NCBI GenBank assembly: GCA_963709345.1 | Contig: CAVPVX010000007.1 | Location: forward strand, 352,001-416,000 | Length of the DNA: 64,000 bases | Source of the DNA: an uncultured Actinomycetes bacterium | Lineage (GTDB): Bacteria > Actinomycetota > Thermoleophilia > UBA2241 | Direction: 5' to 3' | Part shown: positions 44,679 through 54,863 of the stretch, one piece after another | Numbering within the stretch: the stretch's first letter is position 1 | Layout of the letters: the number at the start of each line of letters is the position of its first letter | The notes under the pieces: generated by a model | Seen by the model: the letters and a program-made list of their open reading frames with translations, nothing else | Database searches by the model: none | Told to the model about the DNA's origin: nothing | Position numbers and translations under genes: made by a program

Positions 44679-46118
44679 TCACGGCAGGGCAGGCTGCGCC
44701 AGGGCGCTCTTGATGACTGCGGCGGCGAGCGGCGCGGACACCTCGCCGCCGGTGGATTGGGAATCCTCGATGACCACGGCCACGGCGATCTGCGGATCGT
44801 CGGCCGGGGCGAAGGCGATGAACCAGGCGAGATTCGACCCGTCGCCCTTCTCGGCCGTGCCCGTCTTGCCGGCCACCTGGATGCCCTCGAGTGCGGCGGC
44901 CGTGCCCGTGCCCGCGTTGACGACTCGCTGCATCATGATGCTGAGCTCGCTCGCAGCCTGCGGCTTCATGGCGACAAGCCACTGCTCGGGCTTGGCCCGG
45001 CGGACGACGCCGCCCGTCGCCGTGACGACCTCTTCAAGGTAATACGGCTTCATGATGCGCCCGCCGTTGGCCACACTGCCGGCGACGAGCGCCATCTGCA
45101 GAGGCGTGGCGAGCACTCGTTCCTGGCCGACGGCGGCCCACGCCACATCGAGCGGATCCATGAACGCGCCCGGAGCGAGCAGGCCCTTCTTGCCGTAGCG
45201 GCCGCTGGGCAGCACCTCACCGGCCGGCAGCGGCAGCGGCGGCGCCTCGTAGAAGCCGAACTCCTGCATGCCGGCGACGAGACGCTTGCGGCCGATATCG
45301 TTGCCGAGCTTGGCGAACGTGGTGTTGATGGAGTACGTCAGCGCCGTCGTGAAGTCGTTGGGGCCGTACACGGCGCCACCGTAGTTCGTCACCTTGCCGC
45401 CGAAGACGACGTACGTCCCCGTGTCGACGAACTCCGTGTCGGCCGTCACCTTGCCGATCCCGAGACCGACGGCGGCGGTCACCACCTTGAACGACGAGCC
45501 CGGCACGTACAGACCCTGCGTCGGCCGGTTCAGCAGCGGCGCGCCCGAGTCGGTGCTCAGCCGCGACCACTGGTCCTCGACGTCGGCCGGGTCGTAGGTG
45601 GGAGCCGACGCGGAGGCGATGAGCGCGCCGGTCGTCGGATCCAGCGCCACGATCGCGCCCTTCTGGCCCTGCAGCGCCTGCTGCGCAGCCTTCTGCACTG
45701 CAGGCACAATGGTCAGCTTGACGTTCGCGCCCCTGGGCCGGCGCCCGAGGAGCCTGTCGACCCACGACTGCACGCCGAGGTCGGTGGACTGGCCGGTGAG
45801 GTCGGCGTTGAGCTCGGACTCGATACCGCTGCGCCCGTACCGCACCGAGTCGTAGCCGAGCAGTTGCGGGGCCAGGGTGCCCTGAGGGTAGACACGGTGG
45901 TAGTACCCGGAGCGCCGTCGCGAGCCGGCCATCACGGAACCGTCGAAGCCGAGGATGTCACCACGCTTGATCTTCATCTCCTTGGCAATGGCGCGCTTGT
46001 TCTCGGGCCGCTCCTGGAACCATTGCGCGCGCACGACCATGATCCAGGTGAGGTTCACGATGAGTGCGACGAACAGCACGGCGGTGATGATGAAGACCTT
46101 GGTCATGGCCCGGTTCAC
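44679..46118 (-). CDS. pbpA: Class B penicillin-binding protein PbpA
   Basis: GSSFK (SxxK), SIN (SxN), KTG. Start GTG 46118. Confidence 0.92.
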   Translation of the reverse strand: MNRAMTKVFIITAVLFVALIVNLTWIMVVRAQWFQERPENKRAIAKEMKIKRGDILGFDGSVMAGSRRRSGYYHRVYPQGTLAPQLLGYDSVRYGRSGIESELNADLTGQSTDLGVQSWVDRLLGRRPRGANVKLTIVPAVQKAAQQALQGQKGAIVALDPTTGALIASASAPTYDPADVEDQWSRLSTDSGAPLLNRPTQGLYVPGSSFKVVTAAVGLGIGKVTADTEFVDTGTYVVFGGKVTNYGGAVYGPNDFTTALTYSINTTFAKLGNDIGRKRLVAGMQEFGFYEAPPLPLPAGEVLPSGRYGKKGLLAPGAFMDPLDVAWAAVGQERVLATPLQMALVAGSVANGGRIMKPYYLEEVVTATGGVVRRAKPEQWLVAMKPQAASELSIMMQRVVNAGTGTAAALEGIQVAGKTGTAEKGDGSNLAWFIAFAPADDPQIAVAVVIEDSQSTGGEVSAPLAAAVIKSALAQPALP

Positions 46119-46123
46119 GGCGC

Positions 46124-47452
46124 CTACCCTCTCTCGGCCAGACGGCGGCGCTCGAGATCGCTGCCGCCGCGGATGATGTTGCTGCGGTTCGACACCATGA
46201 GCAGGAGCGCCATCAGCATCAGGTTCGCGGTGATGGAGCTGCCGCCGTAGCTGACGAAGGGGAGCGTGATGCCGGTGAGCGGGATCAGGCGCGTCACACC
46301 GCCGATGATGATGAACGTCTGCAGGGCGAACGCCGTAGCCAGGCCCGCGGCCAGCAGCTTCGAGAAGCCGTCCGGCGCGTTGACCGCGATGCGGAAGCCG
46401 CGCCAGACGAAGAGCAAGTATACGAGGATCACCCCGGCCGCGCCGATGAGGCCCATCTCGTTGGCGATCGCCGTGAAGATGAAGTCGGTCTGCAGGTCGG
46501 GAACCACGGGCTGGCGGTTCGTGTACAGCAGAAAGCCGCGGCCGAAGCCGGCGCCGGCGATGCCGCCGTCGGCGAGAGTGAACAGCGACTGCAGCAGCTG
46601 GTAGCCGGTCGTCGCCGCGTGCGGCCACGGGTCGAGCCAGACGCTGAACCGGTCCTGCACGTGTGGCACGACCGCCACGGCCACGCCCGCGGCGGCGGCG
46701 AACAAGCCGAAGCCGGCGACCACGTAGACGATGCGCGCGGTCGCCATGTACATGAGCGCCACGAAGATCGACATGAAGAGCAGCGCCATACCGAAGTCCT
46801 TCATGAAGACGAGCGTGGCGAGCGAGAAGATCCACATCACGAGCAGCGGGCCGAAGTACTTCGCCGCCGGCAGCGGCACGCCGAGCACGTGCCGCGTCGG
46901 CACGGACAGGAGGACCTTCTTGTCGTCCAGATAGCCCGCGAGGAAGATCACGATCGCCAGCTTTGCGAACTCCGACGGCTGGATGCTGAAGCCGAACGCC
47001 TGGATCCAGAGCTTGGCGCCGTTGATCGTCGTTCCCAGGACGATGGTGACCACGAGGAGCGCGAGGCCGACGGCGCCGATGAGGTACCGGTAGCGATCCA
47101 GCTTCATGTGGTCGCGCACGACCAGCACCGTGAGGATGAACAGGCCGGCGCCGACCAGCAGCCACTGACCCTGCGTGAGCGCCAGGGCCGGGCGGATACG
47201 GAATATCTCGGTGAGACCGATCGCGGCCAGGAGTGCGGTGATCGGCAGCAGATAGGGGTCGGCCTGCGGCAGCAGCACGCGTATGAGCACGTGCAGCAGC
47301 AGGAAGATCCCGACGAACACGAGGCCGTAGACGATCGAGACGCTGTTGATCTCGCGAAAGCGCCCCGCATACACGGAGACGTAGGCCATGGTGCTCACCG
47401 CGCCGGCCAGCACCAGGAAGGCGAGCTCGAGGTTGCGCCGGCTCACGGCCAC
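46124..47452 (-). CDS. rodA: SEDS protein RodA/FtsW
   Basis: QPSEFAK, TDFIF, PLTGITLPFVSYGGSS. Confidence 0.93.
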   Translation of the reverse strand: MAVSRRNLELAFLVLAGAVSTMAYVSVYAGRFREINSVSIVYGLVFVGIFLLLHVLIRVLLPQADPYLLPITALLAAIGLTEIFRIRPALALTQGQWLLVGAGLFILTVLVVRDHMKLDRYRYLIGAVGLALLVVTIVLGTTINGAKLWIQAFGFSIQPSEFAKLAIVIFLAGYLDDKKVLLSVPTRHVLGVPLPAAKYFGPLLVMWIFSLATLVFMKDFGMALLFMSIFVALMYMATARIVYVVAGFGLFAAAAGVAVAVVPHVQDRFSVWLDPWPHAATTGYQLLQSLFTLADGGIAGAGFGRGFLLYTNRQPVVPDLQTDFIFTAIANEMGLIGAAGVILVYLLFVWRGFRIAVNAPDGFSKLLAAGLATAFALQTFIIIGGVTRLIPLTGITLPFVSYGGSSITANLMLMALLLMVSNRSNIIRGGSDLERRRLAERG

Positions 47453-48687
47453 ATCTCCAGCTGCTCGGACACGTCCATGACCTCGGCGTGACCGCGCAGC
47501 GCGCGGGCGTCGACGATCGCCCGCTCCTCGGGCGACAGGGAGTCGTAGGTGCGCACGCTGCGCCGGTACGCGGCGTGCAGCTTGACCGGGCCCACCTTCG
47601 CCGGTACGCCGCTGTAGACGGTCAGCCGCCCGTCGTCGACGCCGATGAAGAACACGGTGCTGTAGACCACCGCGCCCGCCGCGACGACTACGGTGAGCGC
47701 GGCCAGCAGGCCTGCGAGGATGCCGAGGCGGCGGATGGAGCGGCGACGGTCCGCGGCGGCGGCCGACGGCGGCGCGACGATGACTCCTGCGACGGCGGCC
47801 GGGCCGTCCGCCTCGACGGTGAGACCGTCCGGCGCGGGAGCGTCGGGAGAAACGCCGTCCGGCGCGGGAGCATCCGGCGAGTCGCCGGCGGCCGGGGCGG
47901 TCACGGCCGTCAGCTCGGCCGTGTCGGCGCCGGCCTCCGGGTCGTCCGCGTCGGCGGCGTCCGGTGTGCCGGCCGGCCGGCCGCCGGACGCCTCCTCGAT
48001 GATGACGACGACAGCCGTGATGTTGTCGGGGCCGCCGCGCTTGCGCGCCTCCTTGACCAGCTTGCCGACAGCCGCCTGCGGGTCGGGCTGGGCCAGGGCG
48101 CCGGCGATCGCCTCAGCCGGCACCGGGCCGCTGAGGCCGTCGCTGCAGAGCAGCAGGGTGTCGCCGGCGCGCAGGTCGACGGCGAACTCGTCGATGCGCG
48201 CCACGGCCTCCGTCCCCAGCGCCCGGCTCAGGATGCTCCGGTGCGGGTGGACGGCGGCCTCGGTCTCGGTCAGGCGCCCGTCGCGGACCATCTCGCCGAC
48301 CAGCGAGTGGTCGTCGCTCACCTGCTCCAGGACGGCGTCGCGGAGCAGGTACGCGCGGCTGTCGCCGATGTGGACGAAGTGCGCCGTGTCGCCCTCGAGC
48401 ACGAACGCCGTCAGCGTCGTCCCCATACCCGTCTGCTCGACGTTGTCGCTGGCGCGCGCGAAGACGGCGGTGTTGGCGGCCTCCGCGGCCTCGAGCAGCG
48501 GCCGGCCGTCGGCGACAGCCGCGGCCAGCGTCTCGGCGGCCAGGCCGCTGGCGACCTCGCCGGCCTGGGCGCCGCCCATGCCGTCGCAGACGCCGAAGAG
48601 CGGCGGCTTGACCACGAACGTGTCTTCGTTCGTCTTGCGGTGCAGCCCGATATCGGTGAGGGCGCCTTGGCGGGCGACGAGCGTCAC
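47443..48687 (-). CDS. pstP: PP2C Ser/Thr phosphatase PstP
   Basis: NED, CDGMGG, GDSRAY, CSDGL, GGPDNIT, C-terminal TM. Confidence 0.93.
   Translation of the reverse strand: MTLVARQGALTDIGLHRKTNEDTFVVKPPLFGVCDGMGGAQAGEVASGLAAETLAAAVADGRPLLEAAEAANTAVFARASDNVEQTGMGTTLTAFVLEGDTAHFVHIGDSRAYLLRDAVLEQVSDDHSLVGEMVRDGRLTETEAAVHPHRSILSRALGTEAVARIDEFAVDLRAGDTLLLCSDGLSGPVPAEAIAGALAQPDPQAAVGKLVKEARKRGGPDNITAVVVIIEEASGGRPAGTPDAADADDPEAGADTAELTAVTAPAAGDSPDAPAPDGVSPDAPAPDGLTVEADGPAAVAGVIVAPPSAAAADRRRSIRRLGILAGLLAALTVVVAAGAVVYSTVFFIGVDDGRLTVYSGVPAKVGPVKLHAAYRRSVRTYDSLSPEERAIVDARALRGHAEVMDVSEQLEMWP
47825..47880. repeat. 30-bp tandem duplication in the PstP linker
   Basis: CCGTCCGGCGCGGGAGC at 47825 and 47855, encoding SPDAPAPDG twice. 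Confidence 0.7.
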
Positions 48688-48694
48688 CTGGCGC

Positions 48695-49246
48695 TCACTC
48701 CTCGTAGCGGAACGTGGTCTCGCCGATGCGCAGCCGGCCGTCCAGCCTGAGCTGCGCCTCCGTCACCTGCTTCTCGTTCACGAAGGTGCCGTTCGTGCTG
48801 CCGAGATCCTCGACGAAGTAGTACTGCCCCCGGGGGACGAGTCGCGCGTGGGCGCCCGAGACGAACTGCTCGTCGAGCACGATGTCGCTGGTGCCCCCCC
48901 TGCCCACGGTGATCCAGCCCTCGAGGGGGAACACGACCCCGGCGGGCACGATGGGGCTCTCCTCGACGATGAGACGGGGGTTGATGTGCTGCGAGAAATC
49001 CATCTTCTCGCCGGCCACGGTGCGCTCGACCAGGCGATCCTCGCGGCGCTGCTCGCGGTCCTCCGGCGTGAAGACCGGCGCCAGCCGGTCGCCGGCCGGC
49101 AAGGCGACATCCGGCGCCACGACCCCGGCCGCGACCGCGCCCGCGCCGCGGACGTTCGACACCGCCGTCTTCACAATCCGCCAGATGAACAGGTAGAGGA
49201 GGACGAGGATGCCGATCTTCAAGACGAGCAGGACGACGTCGATCAT
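48695..49246 (-). CDS. fhaB: FHA domain protein FhaB-like
   Basis: N-terminal TM, GR, VSGAHA, DLGSTNGT. Confidence 0.85.
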   Translation of the reverse strand: MIDVVLLVLKIGILVLLYLFIWRIVKTAVSNVRGAGAVAAGVVAPDVALPAGDRLAPVFTPEDREQRREDRLVERTVAGEKMDFSQHINPRLIVEESPIVPAGVVFPLEGWITVGRGGTSDIVLDEQFVSGAHARLVPRGQYYFVEDLGSTNGTFVNEKQVTEAQLRLDGRLRIGETTFRYEE

Positions 49247-49309
49247 GAGACTCTCCCGCACCGCTCCCCGCCGGGGGCTGCCGGCGACGCGCTCACCGGG
49301 GCCGCCGGG

Positions 49310-50116
49310 TCAGGGCTGCCTCTCGAACTGAAGCTCCGTGCTGCCGAACTCGATGCGGTCGCCGTGCTGGAGGACCGCCTGCTTGACCTCGCGCCGGTTG
49401 ACGCGCGTACCGTTGGTAGAACCGAGATCGCGCAGCAGGAAGCCGTCGTCCTGGCGGCGGATCTCGGCGTGTTCACGCGAGACGTTGGGGTCGGTGAGGA
49501 CGATGTCGCAGCGCCGGCTGCGGCCGAGCACCGTCACCGTGTCGCCGAGCGTGTGGTCGCCCTGGCGGCCGCGCAGGACGGCGCGTGGCCCGGCGCCGCT
49601 CGCCGCAGCGGCCGCGGCCGCTGCGGCCGGCGCCGCCGGCCCCTGGTAGAGCACCGTCTGGTCGACGACCGGGCCGGCCGCCACCGGCGCCATCGGCGGT
49701 GGAGCCGCCGCGGGCGCGGCGGCATCCGCGCCGGGAGCCTCAAGCGGCGCGCTGACGGTGCGCGTCGCGATACCGAACTCGCCTACCCGCAGGTCTTCGT
49801 CCTCGTGCAGTTCGATGCGTGGTGGCGCGACCAGCGTCCAGCCTTCGCGACGCGCGAACGCGGTGACGTAGTTGGAGAGCTCGCCCTTGAGAGAATCCTC
49901 GAACGAGGTGAGGTGCTCGAAGTCGGCTTTGCCGAGATACATGTCAAACTCGTTGGGCACGTAGACGTTGGAGACCCCGACCGTCTTGTGGTCGCCCATC
50001 TCCTTGGCCAGCTTGTGCGCCAGTTCCACCGGCTGCACACTGGACTTGAACGCGCGCCCGAAGCCACCCTCGACCAGGCCCTCGAGCTTCTTCTCAGCCT
50101 TCCTGAAGATCCCCAT
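49310..50116 (-). CDS. fhaA: FhaA (DUF3662 + FHA)
   Basis: VQPVELA, VPNEF, LGRS, VSREHA, DLGSTNGT. Confidence 0.9.
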   Translation of the reverse strand: MGIFRKAEKKLEGLVEGGFGRAFKSSVQPVELAHKLAKEMGDHKTVGVSNVYVPNEFDMYLGKADFEHLTSFEDSLKGELSNYVTAFARREGWTLVAPPRIELHEDEDLRVGEFGIATRTVSAPLEAPGADAAAPAAAPPPMAPVAAGPVVDQTVLYQGPAAPAAAAAAAAASGAGPRAVLRGRQGDHTLGDTVTVLGRSRRCDIVLTDPNVSREHAEIRRQDDGFLLRDLGSTNGTRVNRREVKQAVLQHGDRIEFGSTELQFERQP

Positions 50117-51797
50117 CTTCGCGCTCCTCCGGTGCGTCACCGGTCGTCAGGACCAACCAGAAGAATATCACGGCCGCGGGGAGGGCCACACTCCAGACGA
50201 GCGGCCACGGCTCGGCCGGGTAGCCCCACACAACCGCGGGCACGACGCGGTACGCGGCGAAGGCAGCCGCGAAGGCGAGCGCCCACACCCAGAGGCGAGT
50301 CTCAAGACGTCCCCGCGACAGGGCGAAGCCGATCGCCACCGCGAGCCCGGCCCACAGGGCGGCCTGCAGCAGGCACGGGGCCGCCAGCACGTCCGCGAGC
50401 ACGCGCCCGGCGGCGGTGAACGGGTCGCCGGCCGCCGTGAACTCCTCGCCGAGCCGCCGGCGCGGCTGGTCGAGCGTGAACGGACCACGCGGCGCCCGCA
50501 CCAGGAGCAGGTAGACCATGGTGCCAATGCCGGCCCAGGCGGCGGTCAGCGGGCCGCGCACGCGGCCCAGGACCGCCGCCCCCGCCGGCGCCAGCAGCGT
50601 CAGATAGACGGGCGTCAGCAGAAGCGCGAGGACGGGCCACAAAGCGGCGATCGGGCGGGTACGGGCGAGCAGGAACACGGCGACCGCGAACGCCAGGTAC
50701 GCGGCGCCCAAGCTGAGCGAGAGATTGAAGACCGGGAAGGCGAGGATGCCCAGCAGCCAGGCGAGGCCGGCCTGCGGCGCGACCGCCCAGACGGCGGCGC
50801 TCAGGGCGATGAGAGGCAGCGTCCAGCTCTGCGGGTAGGCCGGCAGCGCGCCGAGCACGAAGCCGCCGGTCACGGCGGCCAGCGCCGCGCCTCCGGCGCG
50901 CTCGATCGCCGCGGCGGCCCGGCCGAGCGGGCGCACGAACCTCTGCGCCTTGCGCAGGCGCCGGGCCTGCAGCGTGCCGCTGCGCAACAGCTCGCCGAAG
51001 GCCTCGCTGAGCTCGGCCGCGTTCGGCCGCTCGCCCGGACGGGGGGCGCAGGCGTCGTCGATCAGCGCGACCAGGTCGTCCGGCAGGTCCGAGCGCAGGG
51101 CGGACAACGAGGGCAGCCGCGCGCCGGCAACGTTCGAGAGCGTCTCGGCCGGCGTCTCGCCGCGCAGCGGGTGCTCGCCGGCCAGCAGTTCGTACAGCAC
51201 CATGCCGGCGGAGTACACGTCGCTCGGCGGCCCGGCGCGCCGGCCGGCCGCCTGCTCTGGCGACATGTAGGCGACGGTACCGATAACGTCGCCGTCGCCG
51301 GTGAGCGTGTCGGCGTCGAGCAAGCGGGCTATGCCGAAGTCCATGACCTTGACGTGGCCGTCCTCGCTGAGCATCACGTTCTGTGGCTTGACGTCGCGGT
51401 GGACGATGCCCTGGCTGTGGGCGAAGGCGAGCGCGTCCAGCAGCTCCGCGCCGACGGCCACGACGTCACCGTCTCCGAGCTCCCCCCCGAGCCGGTCGAG
51501 CGACTCCCCCCTCACCAGTTCCCATACGAGGATGCTCCGCTCGCCGTCACCGAACCAGTCGTACAGGGCGACGATGTTCGGGTGCGACAGCGCCGCCGCC
51601 GCCTCCACCTCGCGAACGACCCTCCCGGACATCGCGCGGCCGTCGGCCACCACTTTCAGCGCGACGCGCTCGTCGAGCGTCACGTCGCGCGCTTCGTAGA
51701 CGTCGGCGAACCCGCCGCTGCCGATCCTGCCGATCAGCTCGTAGCGGTCGCGCCAGTCGACGTACAGGGGTGTGGTGCTGTGGGCAGCGACGGACAT
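50094..51797 (-). CDS. Ser/Thr protein kinase with polytopic membrane C-terminus
   Basis: IGSGGFADVY, HRDVKPQN, DFGIA, SPE, then many hydrophobic helices. Confidence 0.92.
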   Translation of the reverse strand: MSVAAHSTTPLYVDWRDRYELIGRIGSGGFADVYEARDVTLDERVALKVVADGRAMSGRVVREVEAAAALSHPNIVALYDWFGDGERSILVWELVRGESLDRLGGELGDGDVVAVGAELLDALAFAHSQGIVHRDVKPQNVMLSEDGHVKVMDFGIARLLDADTLTGDGDVIGTVAYMSPEQAAGRRAGPPSDVYSAGMVLYELLAGEHPLRGETPAETLSNVAGARLPSLSALRSDLPDDLVALIDDACAPRPGERPNAAELSEAFGELLRSGTLQARRLRKAQRFVRPLGRAAAAIERAGGAALAAVTGGFVLGALPAYPQSWTLPLIALSAAVWAVAPQAGLAWLLGILAFPVFNLSLSLGAAYLAFAVAVFLLARTRPIAALWPVLALLLTPVYLTLLAPAGAAVLGRVRGPLTAAWAGIGTMVYLLLVRAPRGPFTLDQPRRRLGEEFTAAGDPFTAAGRVLADVLAAPCLLQAALWAGLAVAIGFALSRGRLETRLWVWALAFAAAFAAYRVVPAVVWGYPAEPWPLVWSVALPAAVIFFWLVLTTGDAPEEREDGDLQEG

Positions 51798-51869
51798 CGG
51801 GAATCGCCTCGCGTCCTTCCTTTGGGTCGATATTCGTTATGGTACAATCCGAACCCTGTAAGAGCTGCT

Positions 51870-51956
51870 GGGCGAGTGGCGGAATTGGCAGACGCGCTAG
51901 GTTCAGGGTCTAGTGCACTTACGTGCGTGCGGGTTCAAGTCCCGCCTCGCCCACCA
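51870..51956 (+). tRNA. tRNA-Leu(CAG)
   Basis: GGGCGAGTGGCGGAATTGGCAGACGCGCTAGGTTCAGGGTCTAG...GGTTCAAGTCCC...CCA, long variable arm. Confidence 0.97.
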
Positions 51957-51983
51957 ACCGCTTGACGAACGGGGGTCTGCGGA

Positions 51984-53082
51984 GTGGATTTCTTCGACGA
52001 CGACGCGACCAGCCGGGCTCCCGCCGACAGCGGCGGGCCGCCCGCAGCTCCCCCAGCGCCGTCGCCCCGACCGCCGCCGCACTCGTATCCAGCGTCTCGC
52101 CATCCTTGCAGTCATCCTGTTCGTGGTCGTGTTCGCCATGGCCTGGTGGGCGCGGAGCTGCCAGCAGAACCGCAAGATCGACACCTACCGCACCTACTTC
52201 GACGGCGTGACCGTCGCGGTCAAAGACTCGACCACCCTCGGCAAGCAGTTCAACGCCATCGTCAACAACCCCACGAAGCTCTCGCGCAAGGAGCTCATCG
52301 CCAAGCTCGAGGAGCTGACCGCGAAGCAAGATGAGCTCGCGGTACGCTCTGGCCGGCTCGAGCCGCCGGACACCCTCGAAGCCGAGCAGGACGCGTTCGC
52401 GACCGGCATGAGGGTCCGCGCCAACGGCTTCAAGCTGCTGCAGGCGGCGATGCTCGGGGCCCTCACCACGAAGAAGGTGGGGCCCGCCAGGATCGCCGCC
52501 CTCGACGGCTACTTCGCCGGTCCCGACGCTTACTACATGGATCTCGTGTACCTGCCGGCGCGGACGGTGATGAGCGACGAGGGCGTCGCCGACGTCGCCG
52601 TCCCCACGTCCACCTACTTCCTCAACTGGAAAGCCCTCGACCCGGCCCGCCTCGAGTCCATGCTCAGCCGCGTCGGCAGCTCGTCCAAGCTCTCGGGCAT
52701 CCACGGCGTGGGCCTCCTGAGCGTGACGGCGAAGTCCGGAGAGCAGGAGGTCAAGCTCGTCAAGGGCAAGACTGCCGACGTCCCGGCGGCCGCCGACCTC
52801 GCCTTCATCGCCAAGATCGAGAACCAGGGCAGTGTGGTCGAGAACGACGTCCGCGTCACGGCCACGCTCACGCTCCCCGGCGGCAGCAAGCTGAATCAGG
52901 AAGCCACGATCGCGAGCATCGAGTCCGGCAAGTCGCAGAACGTCACCATCACGGGCTTCAACATCCCCACGGAGGCACTGAGCAAGGTCCTGACGCTGAA
53001 GGTCATGGCGGTTCCCGTCCCGGACGAGCGCGTCGAGACGAACAACAGCGGCCTGTTCAAGCTCGTGCTGCAGCTCCAGTAG
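51984..53082 (+). CDS. Membrane-anchored protein with C-terminal CARDB-like domain (apparent 5' frameshift)
   Basis: TM, helical region, IENQG...VPDERVETNN. The likely start MDFFDDD (51984) is in a different frame from the body. Confidence 0.7.
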
Positions 53083-53095
53083 GATCCGGGACACC

Positions 53096-53932
53096 ATGCA
53101 GATCCTGCGCGACATCGCCCCCTACGTGGCTGCTGTGGCCGCCCTTCTCTCGCTGGCCCTTCTCGTGCTCGTCCTCGTGCTCTGGAGCCGCGTGCGGCGC
53201 CTGCGCCGCGCTCAGACTGTGGTGCTGGGGCGCCACGAGGAACGAGACATCGTCGGCCATGTCGAGGATCTCGACTCACAGGTCCGCAACCTGCGCGAGG
53301 CCGTCGAGATCCTCACCGATCAGCTCGACGACCAGAAGCGGCACCTCGACCGCGCCCTCACGAACCGCGCCATCGTGCGCTACGACGCGTTTCGTGACGC
53401 CGGCGGCGAGCAGAGCGCCTCGTTCGCGCTGCTCGACCAGCACAGGTCGGGCGTCGTCTTCAGCGCCATCGCCGCCCGCGACTTCGCACGCATCTACGTC
53501 AAGCACCTGAGCGAGGGCGTCGCCGACCGCGACCTCTCGCCGGAAGAGGCCCGGGTCGTCGCGGCCGCAGTACCGCGGCCCCTCGTCGCCGGCGAAGACG
53601 GCCCGCGCGCGGCGCGCGCCCCCCTGCCGGCGGACAAGCCTCCAGCCGGCATCGGCAGCGCGGCCGCCGGCGAGCCGGCCGCGAGCGGTGGTGACGCGGA
53701 CGCCGAGCCGCGTCCCGTCGCGCTCCCCTCGGCCCCACCGCCCTCCGCGCCGGCGGCCCACGACACCGCCGACATGCCGGCGCCCCCGGCCGGCGGCGCC
53801 GCGCCCGGCGAGGCGCGCCCGAGGCCGCACCGCTCCCGACCCGTCGAGGAGCCCCTCCCCGCCGACGCTGCGGAATTCGTCTGGGAGCCTCCGCCCACGC
53901 GCCGCCCGGACGACGAGCCGCCCGCGGGCTGA
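53096..53932 (+). CDS. DUF4446 family protein
   Basis: TM, coiled coil, VRYDAF..GGEQSASFALLD..SGVV, LSPEE, Pro/Ala tail. Confidence 0.85.
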   Translation: MQILRDIAPYVAAVAALLSLALLVLVLVLWSRVRRLRRAQTVVLGRHEERDIVGHVEDLDSQVRNLREAVEILTDQLDDQKRHLDRALTNRAIVRYDAFRDAGGEQSASFALLDQHRSGVVFSAIAARDFARIYVKHLSEGVADRDLSPEEARVVAAAVPRPLVAGEDGPRAARAPLPADKPPAGIGSAAAGEPAASGGDADAEPRPVALPSAPPPSAPAAHDTADMPAPPAGGAAPGEARPRPHRSRPVEEPLPADAAEFVWEPPPTRRPDDEPPAG

Positions 53933-53997
53933 CCGTCGAGCGTCGTCTGATAGCCTAGCGGTACCAGCGCAGTACCCAACGAGAAAAGGCGGCGACC

Positions 53998-54843
53998 GTG
54001 GCGGCAGGCGGCAGCGACAGGGTGGCGTTTCTCGGTCCCGAGGGCACCTTCACCGAAGAGGCCCTGCTCACCAACCTGCCGGGCGGCGATTTCCACCCTT
54101 TCCCTTACGGATCCATCCGCGACGTCCTCGTCGCGGTGCGCGACGGTGAAGCCGTGCTCGGCGCCGTGCCCATCGAGAACTCACTCGAGGGCTCGGTCGC
54201 CGTCACGCTCGACCTGCTGGCCTTCGGCTTCGACGAACTCCGTATCGTGCGCGAGATCATCCACCCCATCCGCCACCAGCTCATCGCGCGAGGCCCTGTC
54301 GAACTCGAGCGCCTCACCAAGATCCTCAGTCACCCGCACGCCTACGGACAGTGCCGTCAGTTCCTCGACGCCCACGTGCCTGGGGTCGAACACGAGGCCG
54401 CCAACTCCACCGCCGAGGCCGTGCGGAGAGTCAGCCGTGTCGATCGACCGTGGGCGGCGATAGGCACCAGGCTCGCCGCCGAGATGTACGAATGCATCGT
54501 CCTTCGCGACGACATCGAGGACTCCGTCGAAAACCGCACCCGGTTCGTCTACCTGAGCAAAGAGCCCGCGCCGCAGGACCTCGAGAGCGACTACAAGACC
54601 AGCATCGTCTGCGGCATCGCCCACGACCAGCCTGGCAGCCTGCTGCTGATCCTCAACGAGTTCGCTCACCGCTACATCAACCTCACGAAGATCGAGTCAC
54701 GGCCCTCGAGGCAGGGACTCGGCGACTACATCTTCTTCATCGACGTCATGGGCCGGCGCGACGACACCGCCATGGAGCAGGCGCTCAAGTGCCTCGCCTG
54801 CAAGCTTGCCTGGGTCAAGGTGCTCGGATCGTACCCGGTGTGA
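53998..54843 (+). CDS. pheA: Prephenate dehydratase
   Basis: FLGPEGTFTEEA, PIENSLEGSV, NRTRF, INLTKIESRP ACT domain. Confidence 0.95.
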   Translation: MAAGGSDRVAFLGPEGTFTEEALLTNLPGGDFHPFPYGSIRDVLVAVRDGEAVLGAVPIENSLEGSVAVTLDLLAFGFDELRIVREIIHPIRHQLIARGPVELERLTKILSHPHAYGQCRQFLDAHVPGVEHEAANSTAEAVRRVSRVDRPWAAIGTRLAAEMYECIVLRDDIEDSVENRTRFVYLSKEPAPQDLESDYKTSIVCGIAHDQPGSLLLILNEFAHRYINLTKIESRPSRQGLGDYIFFIDVMGRRDDTAMEQALKCLACKLAWVKVLGSYPV

Positions 54844-54863
54844 CAGCCTCGAGGAGCTGACGA

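Noticed and set aside
41650-50419. 1130-aa and 908-aa plus-strand ORFs
   Set aside because: Antisense to well-supported PASTA/pknB and pstP/fha genes.
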